A stretch of 43,098 nt of DNA from a bacterium (GCA_027348385.1 DAIEPO010000003.1:1-43098); one strand, 5' to 3'; shown: positions 27,511 to 37,890, counted from the first letter of the stretch. Numbers and translations are program-made. Notes: generated from the sequence alone by a model not told the origin.

Positions 27511-27623
27511 GCGATTTTCTCCTGATGGGGTCAGGAATAATATACCAGAAAATCAATTCTAGGCAAGTAAATCCAAGTAGTGTGATATAATTAGAGAAAC
27601 AAGGGTTTTCAAAAGAAACAAAA

Positions 27624-28163
27624 ATGCCACAAGATTACAACTCGCTTCTAAACAGTGTTAACTTCCATAACCCAAGCTGGGATGCTTTCATCTTCTTCTT
27701 CTGGGCTATTGTTGCGGTAATATACAGCTTTTCGGCAGGTCGTGGCAGAATCATCAGTATCTTAGTTGCAGTGTATATGTCTGAGCTTCTGGTAATTCAA
27801 GCTCCTTTCTTAAGTACAGCTGTTGGTGATCAGTTTGGTTTAGCACTTTACCTTGGTCGTTTGATCACTTTCTTAGTTTTGTTTGGATTCTTCTTCCTCG
27901 TGCTTTCAAAGTTTGTCTTTAGAACTTCAGTTGAAAATCGTCGTTGGGGATCTTGGCTCTTTTCCTTGTTCTTTGCTGTATTACAAGTTGGTTTTTTAAT
28001 CAGCGTTATTCTTTCATTCCTACCTCCTGAAGTTAAGACTAGTTTTGCACCACTAGTAAAGTTTGTTTTCATTTCAGAAACTGCAAACTTTGTTTGGCTA
28101 CTTCTGCCCATTGCTTTCTTAGTGTTCATGGGTAGGCATATTTCTGATCACAGACTAGAGTAA
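27624..28163 (+). CDS. Membrane protein, possibly CvpA-like
   Basis: About 5 hydrophobic helices, Phe-rich. Confidence 0.75.
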   Translation: MPQDYNSLLNSVNFHNPSWDAFIFFFWAIVAVIYSFSAGRGRIISILVAVYMSELLVIQAPFLSTAVGDQFGLALYLGRLITFLVLFGFFFLVLSKFVFRTSVENRRWGSWLFSLFFAVLQVGFLISVILSFLPPEVKTSFAPLVKFVFISETANFVWLLLPIAFLVFMGRHISDHRLE

Positions 28164-28179
28164 GGGAAAAGACCAATTT

Positions 28180-28204
28180 AAAAATCCCGATTTGCGGGAT
28201 TTTT
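28180..28204. terminator. Bidirectional terminator
   Basis: AAAAATCCCG-ATTTG-CGGGATTTTT. Confidence 0.8.
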
Positions 28205-28207
28205 CTT

Positions 28208-28283
28208 TGGTGGGTCGGGTGGGGATCGAACCCACGACAAACGGCTTAAAAGGCCGCTGCTCTACCAACTGAGCTACCGACCC
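28208..28283 (-). tRNA. tRNA-Lys (TTT)
   Basis: GGGTCGGTAGCTCAGTTGGTAGAGCAGCGGCCT-TTT-AAGCCGTTTGTCGTGGGTTCGATCCCCACCCGACCCACCA. Confidence 0.96.
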
Positions 28284-28359
28284 GCAAGCTTTGCGGGCTA
28301 AAATTGATTTAACTTCCGTATTTTACAATATATATTAGAAAACTTCAAGGTATTTTCGT

Positions 28360-30162
28360 ATGTTCAAATATATCAAATTTCTTTCAAACTACTTAAAAGA
28401 AGAGCGCAAAAACATTGCACTAATCTTTGTTTTTGTGATGCTTTCACAAACCTTCTCTTTGGCAGAACCTGTTTTCTATACTAGAATCCTGGATCGTTTC
28501 TTAAGGGACTCGCACAATCTAACAAAGTTTCCGACTGAACATGCTTTCTTTGTTGCTTTAGGTTTAACTGTCTTGGCATGGATTGGTGCTGCATTTGCTG
28601 CTAGGATCTTCAAAAATTTGCAACAATACTTTGTTAATACAGTTAGTGACAGAATAGGTATCAATGTTTTCAATCATGCTTACGAGCACGTCATATCCCT
28701 GCCCATTCAATTTCATGCTAACCAGAAAACTGGAGAGGTTTTCAGAAAGATTTCTAAAGCCAGAGAAGATATTACTACGCTCTTTGCAGTTGTTTTTGAC
28801 AAGATTTTTCAGAACATTTTTTCAATATCCATCGTTTTAATATATATCTTCATCAGAGAGTGGCGCGTAGGTATCATTGCAATAATCCTAGTTCCAGTAT
28901 TCATCATTGCAACAACTTTCTTTACCAAGAGAGTTAAAAGAATACAGAATGAAATAAACAAAACAAACGAAAAGCTTTTTGGTACTTCTTTTGAAGCCTT
29001 AAATCATATTGAAGTAGTTAAATCATTTGCTTCAGAAGAACATGAAGTTAACCAGGTTAGGGCTGATAATCGTATTACACACGCAAACGTTAAAAAGAAA
29101 ACCGTTGCATATCAGCAGCTCTTCTTTGTTCAAGGGACCATTGTAAACCTTGCCCGTGTTTCTTTAATCTGGTTTGGTTCAGTCTTAGCTTTTAAAGGGA
29201 TACTTAATTTTTCAGATGTTGTTTTGTTCGGGGTTTATTCCTTTGTCATATATCAACCACTCTATGACCTCGGAGACATCTATGCTAAATACCAGGAGGG
29301 CGTTAGTGCTGTTGATCGTTTACAAACCCTGCTTTCTGAAAAGGCAACAATTTTTTCAAAGCCTAATGCTTTAAAACCAAAAAAGCTTTTAGGTAAAATT
29401 GAGTTTAAAAACGTTTCATTCAACTATAGCCAAGAACGAGAAATATTAAAGGATATTTCTTTCAAAATAGAACCAGGGAGAAAATTAGCCATAGTCGGAC
29501 TTTCTGGTTCTGGTAAATCAACAGTTGTTAAATTGTTGCTCCGTTTCTATGAACCAAGTTCTGGTGAGATTTTAATAGACGGCAAAAACATTGCTGATTA
29601 CGATTTACAAGCATTACACAAACGAATTGGTTTAGTTTCGCAAGACAATATTCTCTTTAACACAACTCTTGCAGAGAATATCCGTTATGGTACATTCAGT
29701 GCATCTCAAAAAGAAGTTTCAGAAGCAGCCAATCGAGCATACCTTTTCTCCTTTTTGAAAAAACTGTTATCTGGTCTAGATACTTTAGTCGGCGAGCGAG
29801 GCGTTAAACTTTCAGGTGGTGAAAGACAAAGAGTTGCCATAGCAAGAAGCATAATTAAAAAACCAGATATCTTGATATTTGATGAAGCAACGTCATCCCT
29901 AGATTCACACTCTGAAGAGATGATCAAAGAAGCAATTTCTGAAGTTTCCAAAGATGTGACAAGCATAACCGTAGCGCATCGTTTTTCAACAGTTGTTAAT
30001 GCTGACGAAATAATCTTGCTGGAAGCAGGAGAAATCAAAGAGCGCGGTACACATAAAAAATTACTTGCAGAAGCAGGTAGATACGCAAGCTTGTACCAAC
30101 TTCAAACCCAAAGAAAAACAGAAGACTTTTCAAGTCCTGCAGAGATTGACAATATTGCGTAA
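28360..30162 (+). CDS. ABC exporter, fused permease/ATPase (MdlB/MsbA-like)
   Basis: N-terminal [28 protein letters not shown]. Confidence 0.93.
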   Translation: MFKYIKFLSNYLKEERKNIALIFVFVMLSQTFSLAEPVFYTRILDRFLRDSHNLTKFPTEHAFFVALGLTVLAWIGAAFAARIFKNLQQYFVNTVSDRIGINVFNHAYEHVISLPIQFHANQKTGEVFRKISKAREDITTLFAVVFDKIFQNIFSISIVLIYIFIREWRVGIIAIILVPVFIIATTFFTKRVKRIQNEINKTNEKLFGTSFEALNHIEVVKSFASEEHEVNQVRADNRITHANVKKKTVAYQQLFFVQGTIVNLARVSLIWFGSVLAFKGILNFSDVVLFGVYSFVIYQPLYDLGDIYAKYQEGVSAVDRLQTLLSEKATIFSKPNALKPKKLLGKIEFKNVSFNYSQEREILKDISFKIEPGRKLAIVGLSGSGKSTVVKLLLRFYEPSSGEILIDGKNIADYDLQALHKRIGLVSQDNILFNTTLAENIRYGTFSASQKEVSEAANRAYLFSFLKKLLSGLDTLVGERGVKLSGGERQRVAIARSIIKKPDILIFDEATSSLDSHSEEMIKEAISEVSKDVTSITVAHRFSTVVNADEIILLEAGEIKERGTHKKLLAEAGRYASLYQLQTQRKTEDFSSPAEIDNIA

Positions 30163-30190
30163 GCCGGTTAATATATTAGGTACTAACATA
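30146..30190 (+). promoter_or_regulatory. Promoter and probable MarR operator
   Basis: TTGACA(30146)-17-TAATAT; imperfect palindrome TATATTAG-GTA-CTAACATA (30172-30190) overlaps -10/+1. Confidence 0.55.
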
Positions 30191-30203
30191 TATTTTAAAG
30201 TTT

Positions 30204-30659
30204 GTGAAATATAACCGTGAAGAACAAGTAAAGAACTTTTTTGAAGAAATAGCTAAGTTGCAAAGACTCATTTTTTCAAGGAAAGATGCTTTTTTAACAA
30301 AACATAAACTCAGCCGCCCACAGATGGTTGTGATGTATTTTTTGTCAGAAGGGGGCTCTAAGAGCATTAAAGACATTGCTGAGATTATGAATATTTCAAG
30401 TAGTGCTGCTACTCAGATGATTGAGGGCTTAGTACGTAATGGATTTTTAGAAAGAGTGGTGCATCCTACAGATCGTAGATCAGTACAGATTAGCATTTCA
30501 AAGGTTGGCAAAAAGAAATTTGATGAATTCAAAATTCAGTTGCTCAGACAAATGCAGAATCTTTTGGCAACACTAAGTGATCCTGAGATTGATCTGTTAA
30601 TGAAGATTCCTGAAAAGATTCGTCAACAACTAGGTCATACAAAAGTAAGAAATAATTAA
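30204..30659 (+). CDS. MarR family transcriptional regulator
   Basis: LSRPQ...SIKDIAE...SSSAATQMIEGLVRNGFLER...DRRSV winged HTH. Confidence 0.92.
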   Translation: MKYNREEQVKNFFEEIAKLQRLIFSRKDAFLTKHKLSRPQMVVMYFLSEGGSKSIKDIAEIMNISSSAATQMIEGLVRNGFLERVVHPTDRRSVQISISKVGKKKFDEFKIQLLRQMQNLLATLSDPEIDLLMKIPEKIRQQLGHTKVRNN

Positions 30660-30668
30660 AGGAAAGAA

Positions 30669-32219
30669 ATGATTGCATATATAAAGAGAAAGAAATATTG
30701 GTTCATTGGTGGAATAATTTTACTTGCGTTAATCATTTGGCGCCTTAATTCTGGTGGTGGTGTTAAATACACCGTGGCATATACTGTTGCTAAACAAGAC
30801 GTTAAACAAACCGTATTAGCAACAGGAACTGTCACCTCCCAATCAAACCTGAACTTGAGTTTTAAAAATGGTGGCATTTTAAACAAGATTAACGTTAAGG
30901 TTGGAGACAAAGTTAGAAAAGGTCAGATTTTGGCAATGCTTGATCAGCGTGATGCTAGTGCTTCAGTTAATCAAGCAAATGCTTCCTTGCTTTCTGCACA
31001 AGCGAACTATCAAAAAGTTAAAAGTGGAGCATCTCAACCAGAAATTGCTGTGGCACAGGCTTCCGTTGATGCTGCAGAAGTGACTTACAAAAATGCGCAG
31101 AACACTTACACTGCAACTGAAGCCCAACAAAAAATATTAGTTGCATCAGCACAAAGTGCAATGCTTAACTCTGGTTTAACAGCAGTTGCTGAAAGCGGAA
31201 CAATAACTGTTAGCGCGACAGTTACCGGAACATATACTGGAAAAGAACAGGGTAGATACAGAATAGTCATAGGCACGAGTGGTTCAGGGTTAACTTATAA
31301 TGTTTCAGGACTTGAGGGATATTACGCAGAGTTTCAGCGAGGTGTTCCAGCAGCAATTGGCAGCAGAGGTTTGTATATAACCATAGGTACAAGTGGTACT
31401 TTAAATAGCGGAGACTCTTGGACTATTGATGTTCCAAATACCCAGTCTTCAACATACATTACTGCGTCTAATGCATATCAAAGTGCTTTGCAAACACAAA
31501 ACCAAGCTTTAGTTACAGCTCAAAATACTGTTGATTCAGCACGTGTTGCTCTAACCCAAGCTCAAGCCAATCTAAACTTAAAACAAGCTCAAGCAAGACC
31601 CGAAGATTTAGCAGCTGCAGATGCTGCTGTTAAAACTGCACAAGCACAGCTACAAGCAGCTCAAAATCAATACGCAAACAATATCATTACATCACCAATA
31701 GATGGCACTGTTACTTCTGTTGATTTAAAGCTTGGAGAAAACGTTGCTCCACAAAAAGCCGTAATTGTTGTTTTAGATCAAGCATCCTTACACGTTGAAT
31801 CAAACATTTCAGAATCATCAATTGCTTTGATTACAACAGCGCAGAAAATAGACATGACTATGGATGCCTTTGGTCCAGACAGACACTTTAACGGTGAAGT
31901 GCTATCAGTTGATCCTGCTTCGACAGTTGTTTCAGGAGTCATTAACTACAGAGTTGTTTCGTCAATCCCTCAAGATGTTGATATTAAACCAGGTATGACT
32001 GTTAACCTAGTTGTTTTAGTAAACGAAAAAAACCAAGTACTTGCAGTTCCAAACAGATTAGTTAAAAGCAATTCACATAAATACGTTAGCATCTTAGAAA
32101 ATGGCAAAGCTAAAGACGTCGAAGTAACCCTAGGTTTAGCCGGTGATACATATACAGAAATACTTAGTGGTTTAAGCGGTGGTGAAGAGATAGTCACAAC
32201 CTTAGAGAGTAAGAAATAA
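30669..32219 (+). CDS. Efflux adaptor (HlyD/MacA-like membrane fusion protein)
   Basis: N-terminal TM, lipoyl halves (VKVGDKVRKGQILA; ITSPIDGTV), long alpha-hairpin, IKPGMTV. Confidence 0.9.
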   Translation: MIAYIKRKKYWFIGGIILLALIIWRLNSGGGVKYTVAYTVAKQDVKQTVLATGTVTSQSNLNLSFKNGGILNKINVKVGDKVRKGQILAMLDQRDASASVNQANASLLSAQANYQKVKSGASQPEIAVAQASVDAAEVTYKNAQNTYTATEAQQKILVASAQSAMLNSGLTAVAESGTITVSATVTGTYTGKEQGRYRIVIGTSGSGLTYNVSGLEGYYAEFQRGVPAAIGSRGLYITIGTSGTLNSGDSWTIDVPNTQSSTYITASNAYQSALQTQNQALVTAQNTVDSARVALTQAQANLNLKQAQARPEDLAAADAAVKTAQAQLQAAQNQYANNIITSPIDGTVTSVDLKLGENVAPQKAVIVVLDQASLHVESNISESSIALITTAQKIDMTMDAFGPDRHFNGEVLSVDPASTVVSGVINYRVVSSIPQDVDIKPGMTVNLVVLVNEKNQVLAVPNRLVKSNSHKYVSILENGKAKDVEVTLGLAGDTYTEILSGLSGGEEIVTTLESKK

Positions 32220-32229
32220 CTAGACCAAG

Positions 32230-32928
32230 ATGCACTTGATAAAAATGGAGCAGATCCGAAAGATCTACAACAATGGCGAAGACAACCAAGTTGTAGCATT
32301 AAGAGACCTTGATTTAAAAATAGAGCAGGGTGATTTTGTTGCAATCATGGGTCCTTCAGGATCAGGTAAATCAACCCTAATGCATGTCATTGGTTTTCTA
32401 GACAAAGCAGACTCTGGAAACTATTTCTTTGAAGAGAAAAACGTTGTTTCCTTAACTGATGATGAGCTTGCAGAAATACGAAACAAAAGAGTTGGTTTTG
32501 TTTTCCAAGCCTTCAATCTTTTACCAAGAACATCAGCGCTGGATAATGTTGCCTTACCAATGCTGTATTCAGGGAGTGTAGCTAAAGCAGAAGCAGAGAA
32601 TCGAGCTTTAGAGATGCTTAAACAAGTTGATTTAGAAAGTAGAAAAGATCATCATCCTTCAGAGCTTTCCGGAGGACAACAGCAACGTGTTGCCATTGCC
32701 AGGGCTTTAGTTAATGATCCTGCAGTTATTTTTGCTGACGAACCCACAGGAAACCTAGATACCAAATCATCTGAAGAAGTCATGCATATCTTCAAGCGCC
32801 TAAATGATTCAGGAAGAACCTTAATCTTTGTGACGCATGAAGAAGATGTTGCAAGTTATGCTAAAAGAATTATTCGTTTAAAAGATGGGGTCATTGTTTC
32901 TGACGAAATTAATAGAAACAGAAAGTAA
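32230..32928 (+). CDS. ABC transporter ATP-binding protein (MacB/LolD-like)
   Basis: [33 protein letters not shown]. Confidence 0.94.
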   Translation: MHLIKMEQIRKIYNNGEDNQVVALRDLDLKIEQGDFVAIMGPSGSGKSTLMHVIGFLDKADSGNYFFEEKNVVSLTDDELAEIRNKRVGFVFQAFNLLPRTSALDNVALPMLYSGSVAKAEAENRALEMLKQVDLESRKDHHPSELSGGQQQRVAIARALVNDPAVIFADEPTGNLDTKSSEEVMHIFKRLNDSGRTLIFVTHEEDVASYAKRIIRLKDGVIVSDEINRNRK

Positions 32929-32929
32929 T

Positions 32930-34162
32930 ATGTTTTTTCAATCCATAAAAATAGCTGCTAGAGCGTTGCTACTTAACAAGACTCGTTCTTTCCTGACCAT
33001 GCTAGGAATAATCATCGGTATTACAGCAGTCATAGTTTTGATCTCAGCAGGACAAGGTGCTCAGGAGTTAATAGTTAATCAGGTTAAGGGGATTGGTTCT
33101 AATCTGCTTTTTGTCATTCCAGGTGGTAGTGGTAAATCACAGTTTTCGGCACCAGCATCAGCTCAGGGCATCATAATTACATCTTTAGTTGATGCGGATG
33201 TTAAATCATTACGTAATAAGTTGCTTGCTCCAAGCATTGAATATGTTAGTCCAGAAGTCAGGGGACAATACACTGTTTCTTACAACAACGAGGATCAGAT
33301 TGCACCAGTTGTTGGAGAAGACGAAAACTTTGGAGTTGTTAGAAATATAAATCTTACAGCAGGAAACTGGTATACCAAATCTGATGTTGATGGCTTAACT
33401 CAAGTTGCAATATTAGGTTCAACTATAAAAGAAGATCTTTTCGGCGAGCAAGATCCAATCGGACAGCTCATAAAAATAAAGCAGGTTAGCTTTAGGGTAG
33501 TCGGTGTTTCAGAACCAAAAGGGGTTGGTGCTTTCGGTGTTGATCAAGACACTCAAATCATTGTTCCTGTGAGTACTGCCCAAAAATTACTCTTGGGAAT
33601 TAATCATTACAACTTGATTTCAATCCAAGTTAAAGATGCAGAATCAATTCCTTTAGCAAAAGAAGAAGTAGAGAGAGTTTTAAGATACAACCACAAAATC
33701 TCAGATCCTCAAAAAGATGATTTTACAGTACGAAATCCCCAAGATGCTTTAAGCTTGTTGACAAACATTACTTCAGTTCTAACAATCTTCTTAGGAGCCA
33801 TAGCTGGAATTTCCTTGTTAGTTGGTGGAATTGGGATTATGAACATCATGCTTGTGTCAGTTACAGAGCGAACTAGAGAAATTGGTTTGAGAAAAGCAAT
33901 TGGTGCTAAAAGAAAAGACATCCTTCTACAGTTTTTGATAGAAGCAGTTTTCTTAACAGTCTTAGGTGGTGTCATAGGTATAGTACTAGGATATTTAGGA
34001 GCTATTGCCATAGCCATCATTGGTAAATGGACACCCGTTGTTTCTTTAGGTTCAATATTACTTGCTTTTGGGGTTTGTACGCTTTTTGGCTTAATATTTG
34101 GAATATACCCTGCAAACAAAGCATCAAAACTCAGTCCAATAGAAGCGCTGAGATATGAATAA
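32930..34162 (+). CDS. ABC transporter permease (MacB/FtsX-like)
   Basis: RSFLTMLGIIIG, GGIGIMNIMLVSVTERTREIGLRKAIGA, PIEALRYE; start at ATG 32930. Confidence 0.94.
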   Translation: MFFQSIKIAARALLLNKTRSFLTMLGIIIGITAVIVLISAGQGAQELIVNQVKGIGSNLLFVIPGGSGKSQFSAPASAQGIIITSLVDADVKSLRNKLLAPSIEYVSPEVRGQYTVSYNNEDQIAPVVGEDENFGVVRNINLTAGNWYTKSDVDGLTQVAILGSTIKEDLFGEQDPIGQLIKIKQVSFRVVGVSEPKGVGAFGVDQDTQIIVPVSTAQKLLLGINHYNLISIQVKDAESIPLAKEEVERVLRYNHKISDPQKDDFTVRNPQDALSLLTNITSVLTIFLGAIAGISLLVGGIGIMNIMLVSVTERTREIGLRKAIGAKRKDILLQFLIEAVFLTVLGGVIGIVLGYLGAIAIAIIGKWTPVVSLGSILLAFGVCTLFGLIFGIYPANKASKLSPIEALRYE

Positions 34163-34167
34163 CTAAG

Positions 34168-34193
34168 AAAACCAGGTCAGTCCTGGTTTTTTT
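34168..34193 (+). terminator. Intrinsic terminator
   Basis: AAAACCAGG-TCAGT-CCTGGTTTTTTT. Confidence 0.8.
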
Positions 34194-34209
34194 GTGCTAA
34201 AATACAACT

Positions 34210-35454
34210 ATGCAACAAAAACAAAAAATAATCGCAATTGTTGGTGGAGGCTTTGGTGGTTTAAATGCCGCAATATTACTACGCAAATATTTACGTAAAG
34301 AAAAAGCACACGTTGTTTTAATAGACAAAAGCCCATACCATCTTTTCTATCCCAGTCTTTATGAGGTTGCTTCTTCTGAAGAAGAGTTCGTAAGCATCAA
34401 AGCATTAAAGAAAAGCATTGCTCTGCCTTTTGTAGACGTACTTTCAAGACACAATATTCAGTTTGTTGAAGCAGAAGTAACCAAGATACATCAAAGAGAG
34501 AAATACTTAGTTTTCAGAGAAGAGAAAATCGATTATGATTACTTAGTTTTAGCAACTGGTTCAGTGGTTGATTTTTTCAACATTCCTGGAGCAAAAGAAC
34601 ATACCTTAACATTTAAGTCTGTAAATGATGCTTTAAAAATACGAGCTAGTCTTGAAGCCTTAGTTCAAGAAGCATCTGCCACGACAGCTAAAAAAGCTGT
34701 ACGTGTAATTATTGCAGGCGGAGGATTTACTGGAGTTGAACTTGCTGCTGAATTAACCAATTTAAAGAAGATAGTCGCTTGGAAGTATTCATTTCCAGAA
34801 GAAAAGATAGAAATAGAGATCATCGAAGCATCAAACAAGTTAATGCCTGGTATGGGCAAAAATGTTTGTCTACCGATAACGCAAAGGTTACAAGAGATTG
34901 GTGTGCGCTTAAGCTTTAATTCCATGATCACAGAAGTTTCAGAAAAGAGCATTACCTTAAAAAATGGTGAAGTGCAAAACTTTGACATGATCATCTGGAG
35001 TGCTGGTATCAAAGGCGCTGAGATTCCTTTTGAAACTAAAATTGAGGTAGATAAAAAGAATCGCTGCGCAACATGCACTGATCTAACCCTTAAGGATTTT
35101 CCGAATATATATTTAATAGGGGATAATGCTTGTGTCTTAGATTCAGACAAAAACCCAATGCCACAAACAGCAACTCAAGCAATTGATCAAGCAGAGTTTG
35201 TAGCACACAACATCGCAGCTGCTGTTAATGGATATCCAACCTTTGAATACAGCACCAAACCATCAGCATACATTATCCCTGTAAAAGGGAAGTGGGCACT
35301 TTTGCACCTGACAAATGGTTTCAATTTAAAAGGATTTTTTGCCTGGGTCATAAAGCAGTTTGTAAACCTTAGATATTTTATGCGTCTATTGCCGTTTTGG
35401 CAGGCTGTTAAGCTAGCCTGGTTTGATATGGATATATATACTAGGAATGATTAA
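34210..35454 (+). CDS. ndh: Type II NADH dehydrogenase-like FAD oxidoreductase
   Basis: IVGGGFGG, YDYLVLATGS, IAGGGFTGVELAAE, IYLIGD, PQTATQA. Confidence 0.85.
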   Translation: MQQKQKIIAIVGGGFGGLNAAILLRKYLRKEKAHVVLIDKSPYHLFYPSLYEVASSEEEFVSIKALKKSIALPFVDVLSRHNIQFVEAEVTKIHQREKYLVFREEKIDYDYLVLATGSVVDFFNIPGAKEHTLTFKSVNDALKIRASLEALVQEASATTAKKAVRVIIAGGGFTGVELAAELTNLKKIVAWKYSFPEEKIEIEIIEASNKLMPGMGKNVCLPITQRLQEIGVRLSFNSMITEVSEKSITLKNGEVQNFDMIIWSAGIKGAEIPFETKIEVDKKNRCATCTDLTLKDFPNIYLIGDNACVLDSDKNPMPQTATQAIDQAEFVAHNIAAAVNGYPTFEYSTKPSAYIIPVKGKWALLHLTNGFNLKGFFAWVIKQFVNLRYFMRLLPFWQAVKLAWFDMDIYTRND

Positions 35455-35484
35455 AAAAACCGCAAGCAAGACTTGCGGTTTTTT
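35454..35484. terminator. Bidirectional terminator
   Basis: AAAAAACCGCAAG-CAAGA-CTTGCGGTTTTTT. Confidence 0.85.
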
Positions 35485-35486
35485 AG

Positions 35487-37715
35487 TTATTCTTTTTTCT
35501 TTCGCACAAATCTTCTTTTTGTTGTTTTCTTAGGCTTTGCTTTTTGTTCTTCCCAAAGAGCTTTTAATTCTTCTTCAGTTTGTGGTTTTTTGTTGATGAT
35601 GAACTCACAATCAGGATACCTTGAACAGGAATAGAAAGGCTGTCCGCGGCCACGCGCTTTCTTTTCAACAACTTCACCAATACCACAGCTTGGACATTTA
35701 AAACCTATCTTGTTGAAGATCTTTTTAATACCTTTACATTCAGGATATTTAGCACAACCCAAGAAGAAACCAAAACGACCGCGTTGAATCTTCATTGGTC
35801 CATTACAAATTGGGCACAGCTCACCTTTAGTTTTTTCTTCAAGCTCTTTAATCTTTGCTTCTTCTTCAGGCATTGGTTTAGTAATCTTTTCACCTTCAGG
35901 ACAAGCTAAGAACTTTCCAAAACGACCATATTTAATAATCATCGGTTTACCACAATGCGGACAAGGTGTTTCTGAAACCGTAACCTGTTTTTCAACCTCA
36001 ATGTTCTTTAAGTCCAAATGCTCTTTAAAAGGGACATAGAATTCTTTAATAACTGGTTGCCATTCAATCTTTCCTTCAGCAATCTCATCAAGCTCTGCTT
36101 CCATCTTTGCAGTGAAACCAATATCAATAACTTCTGGGAAGTGTTCTACCAAAAGATCGTTAACTAAAAATCCAATTTCAGTTGGTTTATACTTTTTATC
36201 AATCTTTTCAACATACTCACGATCTTGGATAGTTGAAAGTGTCGGAGCATAAGTTGAAGGCCTGCCAATACCATAACCTTCCAATGCTTTAATTAAAGTC
36301 GCGTCAGAATATCTTGGAGGTGGTTCTGTGAAATGTTGGTTTGGCAAAAGCTCAGAAAGTTCCAAGGACTCTCCTTTAGAAAGATCTGGTAATTGTCCTT
36401 CAACCTCAGATTCTTCATCATCCCGTCCTTCAGTGTATGCTTTAATGAAGCCTTCAAACTTAACAACCTGTCCATTTGCCCTGAAGCCATATTTTTTACT
36501 AGATTTACCAGTAGTTTCAATATCAACAGCAGTAGCATCAAAAACTGCTTGTGCCATCTGACTGGCAACTGTTCTTTTCCAGATCAGATCATAGATTCTT
36601 TGTTGTCCACGATCAAGAAAAGGACGCACCTGGTCTGGATGACGCATTAAATCTGTAGGACGAATTGCTTCGTGCGCTTCCTGAGCATTCTTAGATTTAT
36701 TGCTGTATCTTCGTGCTTGGCCATGATAGTAGTTCTTACCAAAACGAGCTTCAATTACAGTAGCAGCTTGTTTTAGTGCAAACTCAGAAAGATTTACTGA
36801 GTCAGTACGCATGTAAGTAATAAGACCGGTTGAACCTTCTTCTCCAATGTCCATTCCTTCGTATAGCTGCTGAGCTATGACCATAGTTTGCTTTGCAGAC
36901 ATACCGAATTTTCGTGCTGCTTCTTGTTGTAATGTTGACGTAGTAAAAGGAGCGGCTGGGTTTCTGCTAACCTCCTTTTTTTCAACTTCTGAAACTATGT
37001 ACTTAGCAGATTCTAAATCAGCAATAACTTCATTAGCAGACAAATCCTTAGCAATATCAAACTTTCCAAGAGTCTTGCTATCAATACGGTTCAACTTAGC
37101 TGGAAAAGACGTTTTGTCTTTTGTAAACAAAGCATCAATACTCCAATATTCTTCCTTAACAAATTTTTCAATTTCTCTTTCTCTTTCTACAATCAAACGT
37201 AGAGCAACCGATTGAACTCTGCCTGCAGAAAGACCATAACGAACTTTTTTCCAAATGAAAGGGGAAAGTCCATAACCCACCAAACGATCCAAGATTCTTC
37301 TAGCTTGTTGTGCATCAACTAAATGCATGTCTAAAGCGCGTGGGTTTGCTAAGGCTTCATCAATCGCACTCTTAGTAATTTCATGAAAGACTATCCTCTT
37401 TGGTTCTTTTTTATCTAGCTTTAAAGCACTAACTAAATGCCAAGATATTGCTTCTCCTTCGCGATCTTCGTCAGTTGCCAGAATTACTTCAGAAGATTTG
37501 TCTGCTTTTGCTTTTAACTCACTGATTACTTTTTTTGCTTTAACCGGAACAATATATGTTGGTTCAAAATTCTTTTCAACATCAATACCCATTTTGCTTT
37601 TAGGCAGATCTCTAACATGCCCAAAAGATGCTTGTACATCAAAATCCTTTCCCAAGAAGCGGGAAATTGTCTTTGCTTTAGTCGGAGACTCAACAATCAC
37701 TAATGTTTTTTTCAT
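35487..37715 (-). CDS. topA: DNA topoisomerase I
   Basis: LVIVESPTKAKTI, ATDEDREGE, SAGRVQS, LITYMRTDS, C-terminal zinc ribbons. Confidence 0.98.
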   Translation of the reverse strand: MKKTLVIVESPTKAKTISRFLGKDFDVQASFGHVRDLPKSKMGIDVEKNFEPTYIVPVKAKKVISELKAKADKSSEVILATDEDREGEAISWHLVSALKLDKKEPKRIVFHEITKSAIDEALANPRALDMHLVDAQQARRILDRLVGYGLSPFIWKKVRYGLSAGRVQSVALRLIVEREREIEKFVKEEYWSIDALFTKDKTSFPAKLNRIDSKTLGKFDIAKDLSANEVIADLESAKYIVSEVEKKEVSRNPAAPFTTSTLQQEAARKFGMSAKQTMVIAQQLYEGMDIGEEGSTGLITYMRTDSVNLSEFALKQAATVIEARFGKNYYHGQARRYSNKSKNAQEAHEAIRPTDLMRHPDQVRPFLDRGQQRIYDLIWKRTVASQMAQAVFDATAVDIETTGKSSKKYGFRANGQVVKFEGFIKAYTEGRDDEESEVEGQLPDLSKGESLELSELLPNQHFTEPPPRYSDATLIKALEGYGIGRPSTYAPTLSTIQDREYVEKIDKKYKPTEIGFLVNDLLVEHFPEVIDIGFTAKMEAELDEIAEGKIEWQPVIKEFYVPFKEHLDLKNIEVEKQVTVSETPCPHCGKPMIIKYGRFGKFLACPEGEKITKPMPEEEAKIKELEEKTKGELCPICNGPMKIQRGRFGFFLGCAKYPECKGIKKIFNKIGFKCPSCGIGEVVEKKARGRGQPFYSCSRYPDCEFIINKKPQTEEELKALWEEQKAKPKKTTKRRFVRKKKE

Positions 37716-37890
37716 CTACTCTATATATTAGCTGCTTATTGGCGGTAATTACTTTAAGAGTTTAACTATATGTTTAAAAGGTTGTCAAATATGACCCTTA
37801 GAAAGAGGCATCAAAAACACAGGCATATATGCACCTGTGATATACTTAAAAACATAGAAAAAGAGTAGTAAATACAGGGGGGAAACGAGA

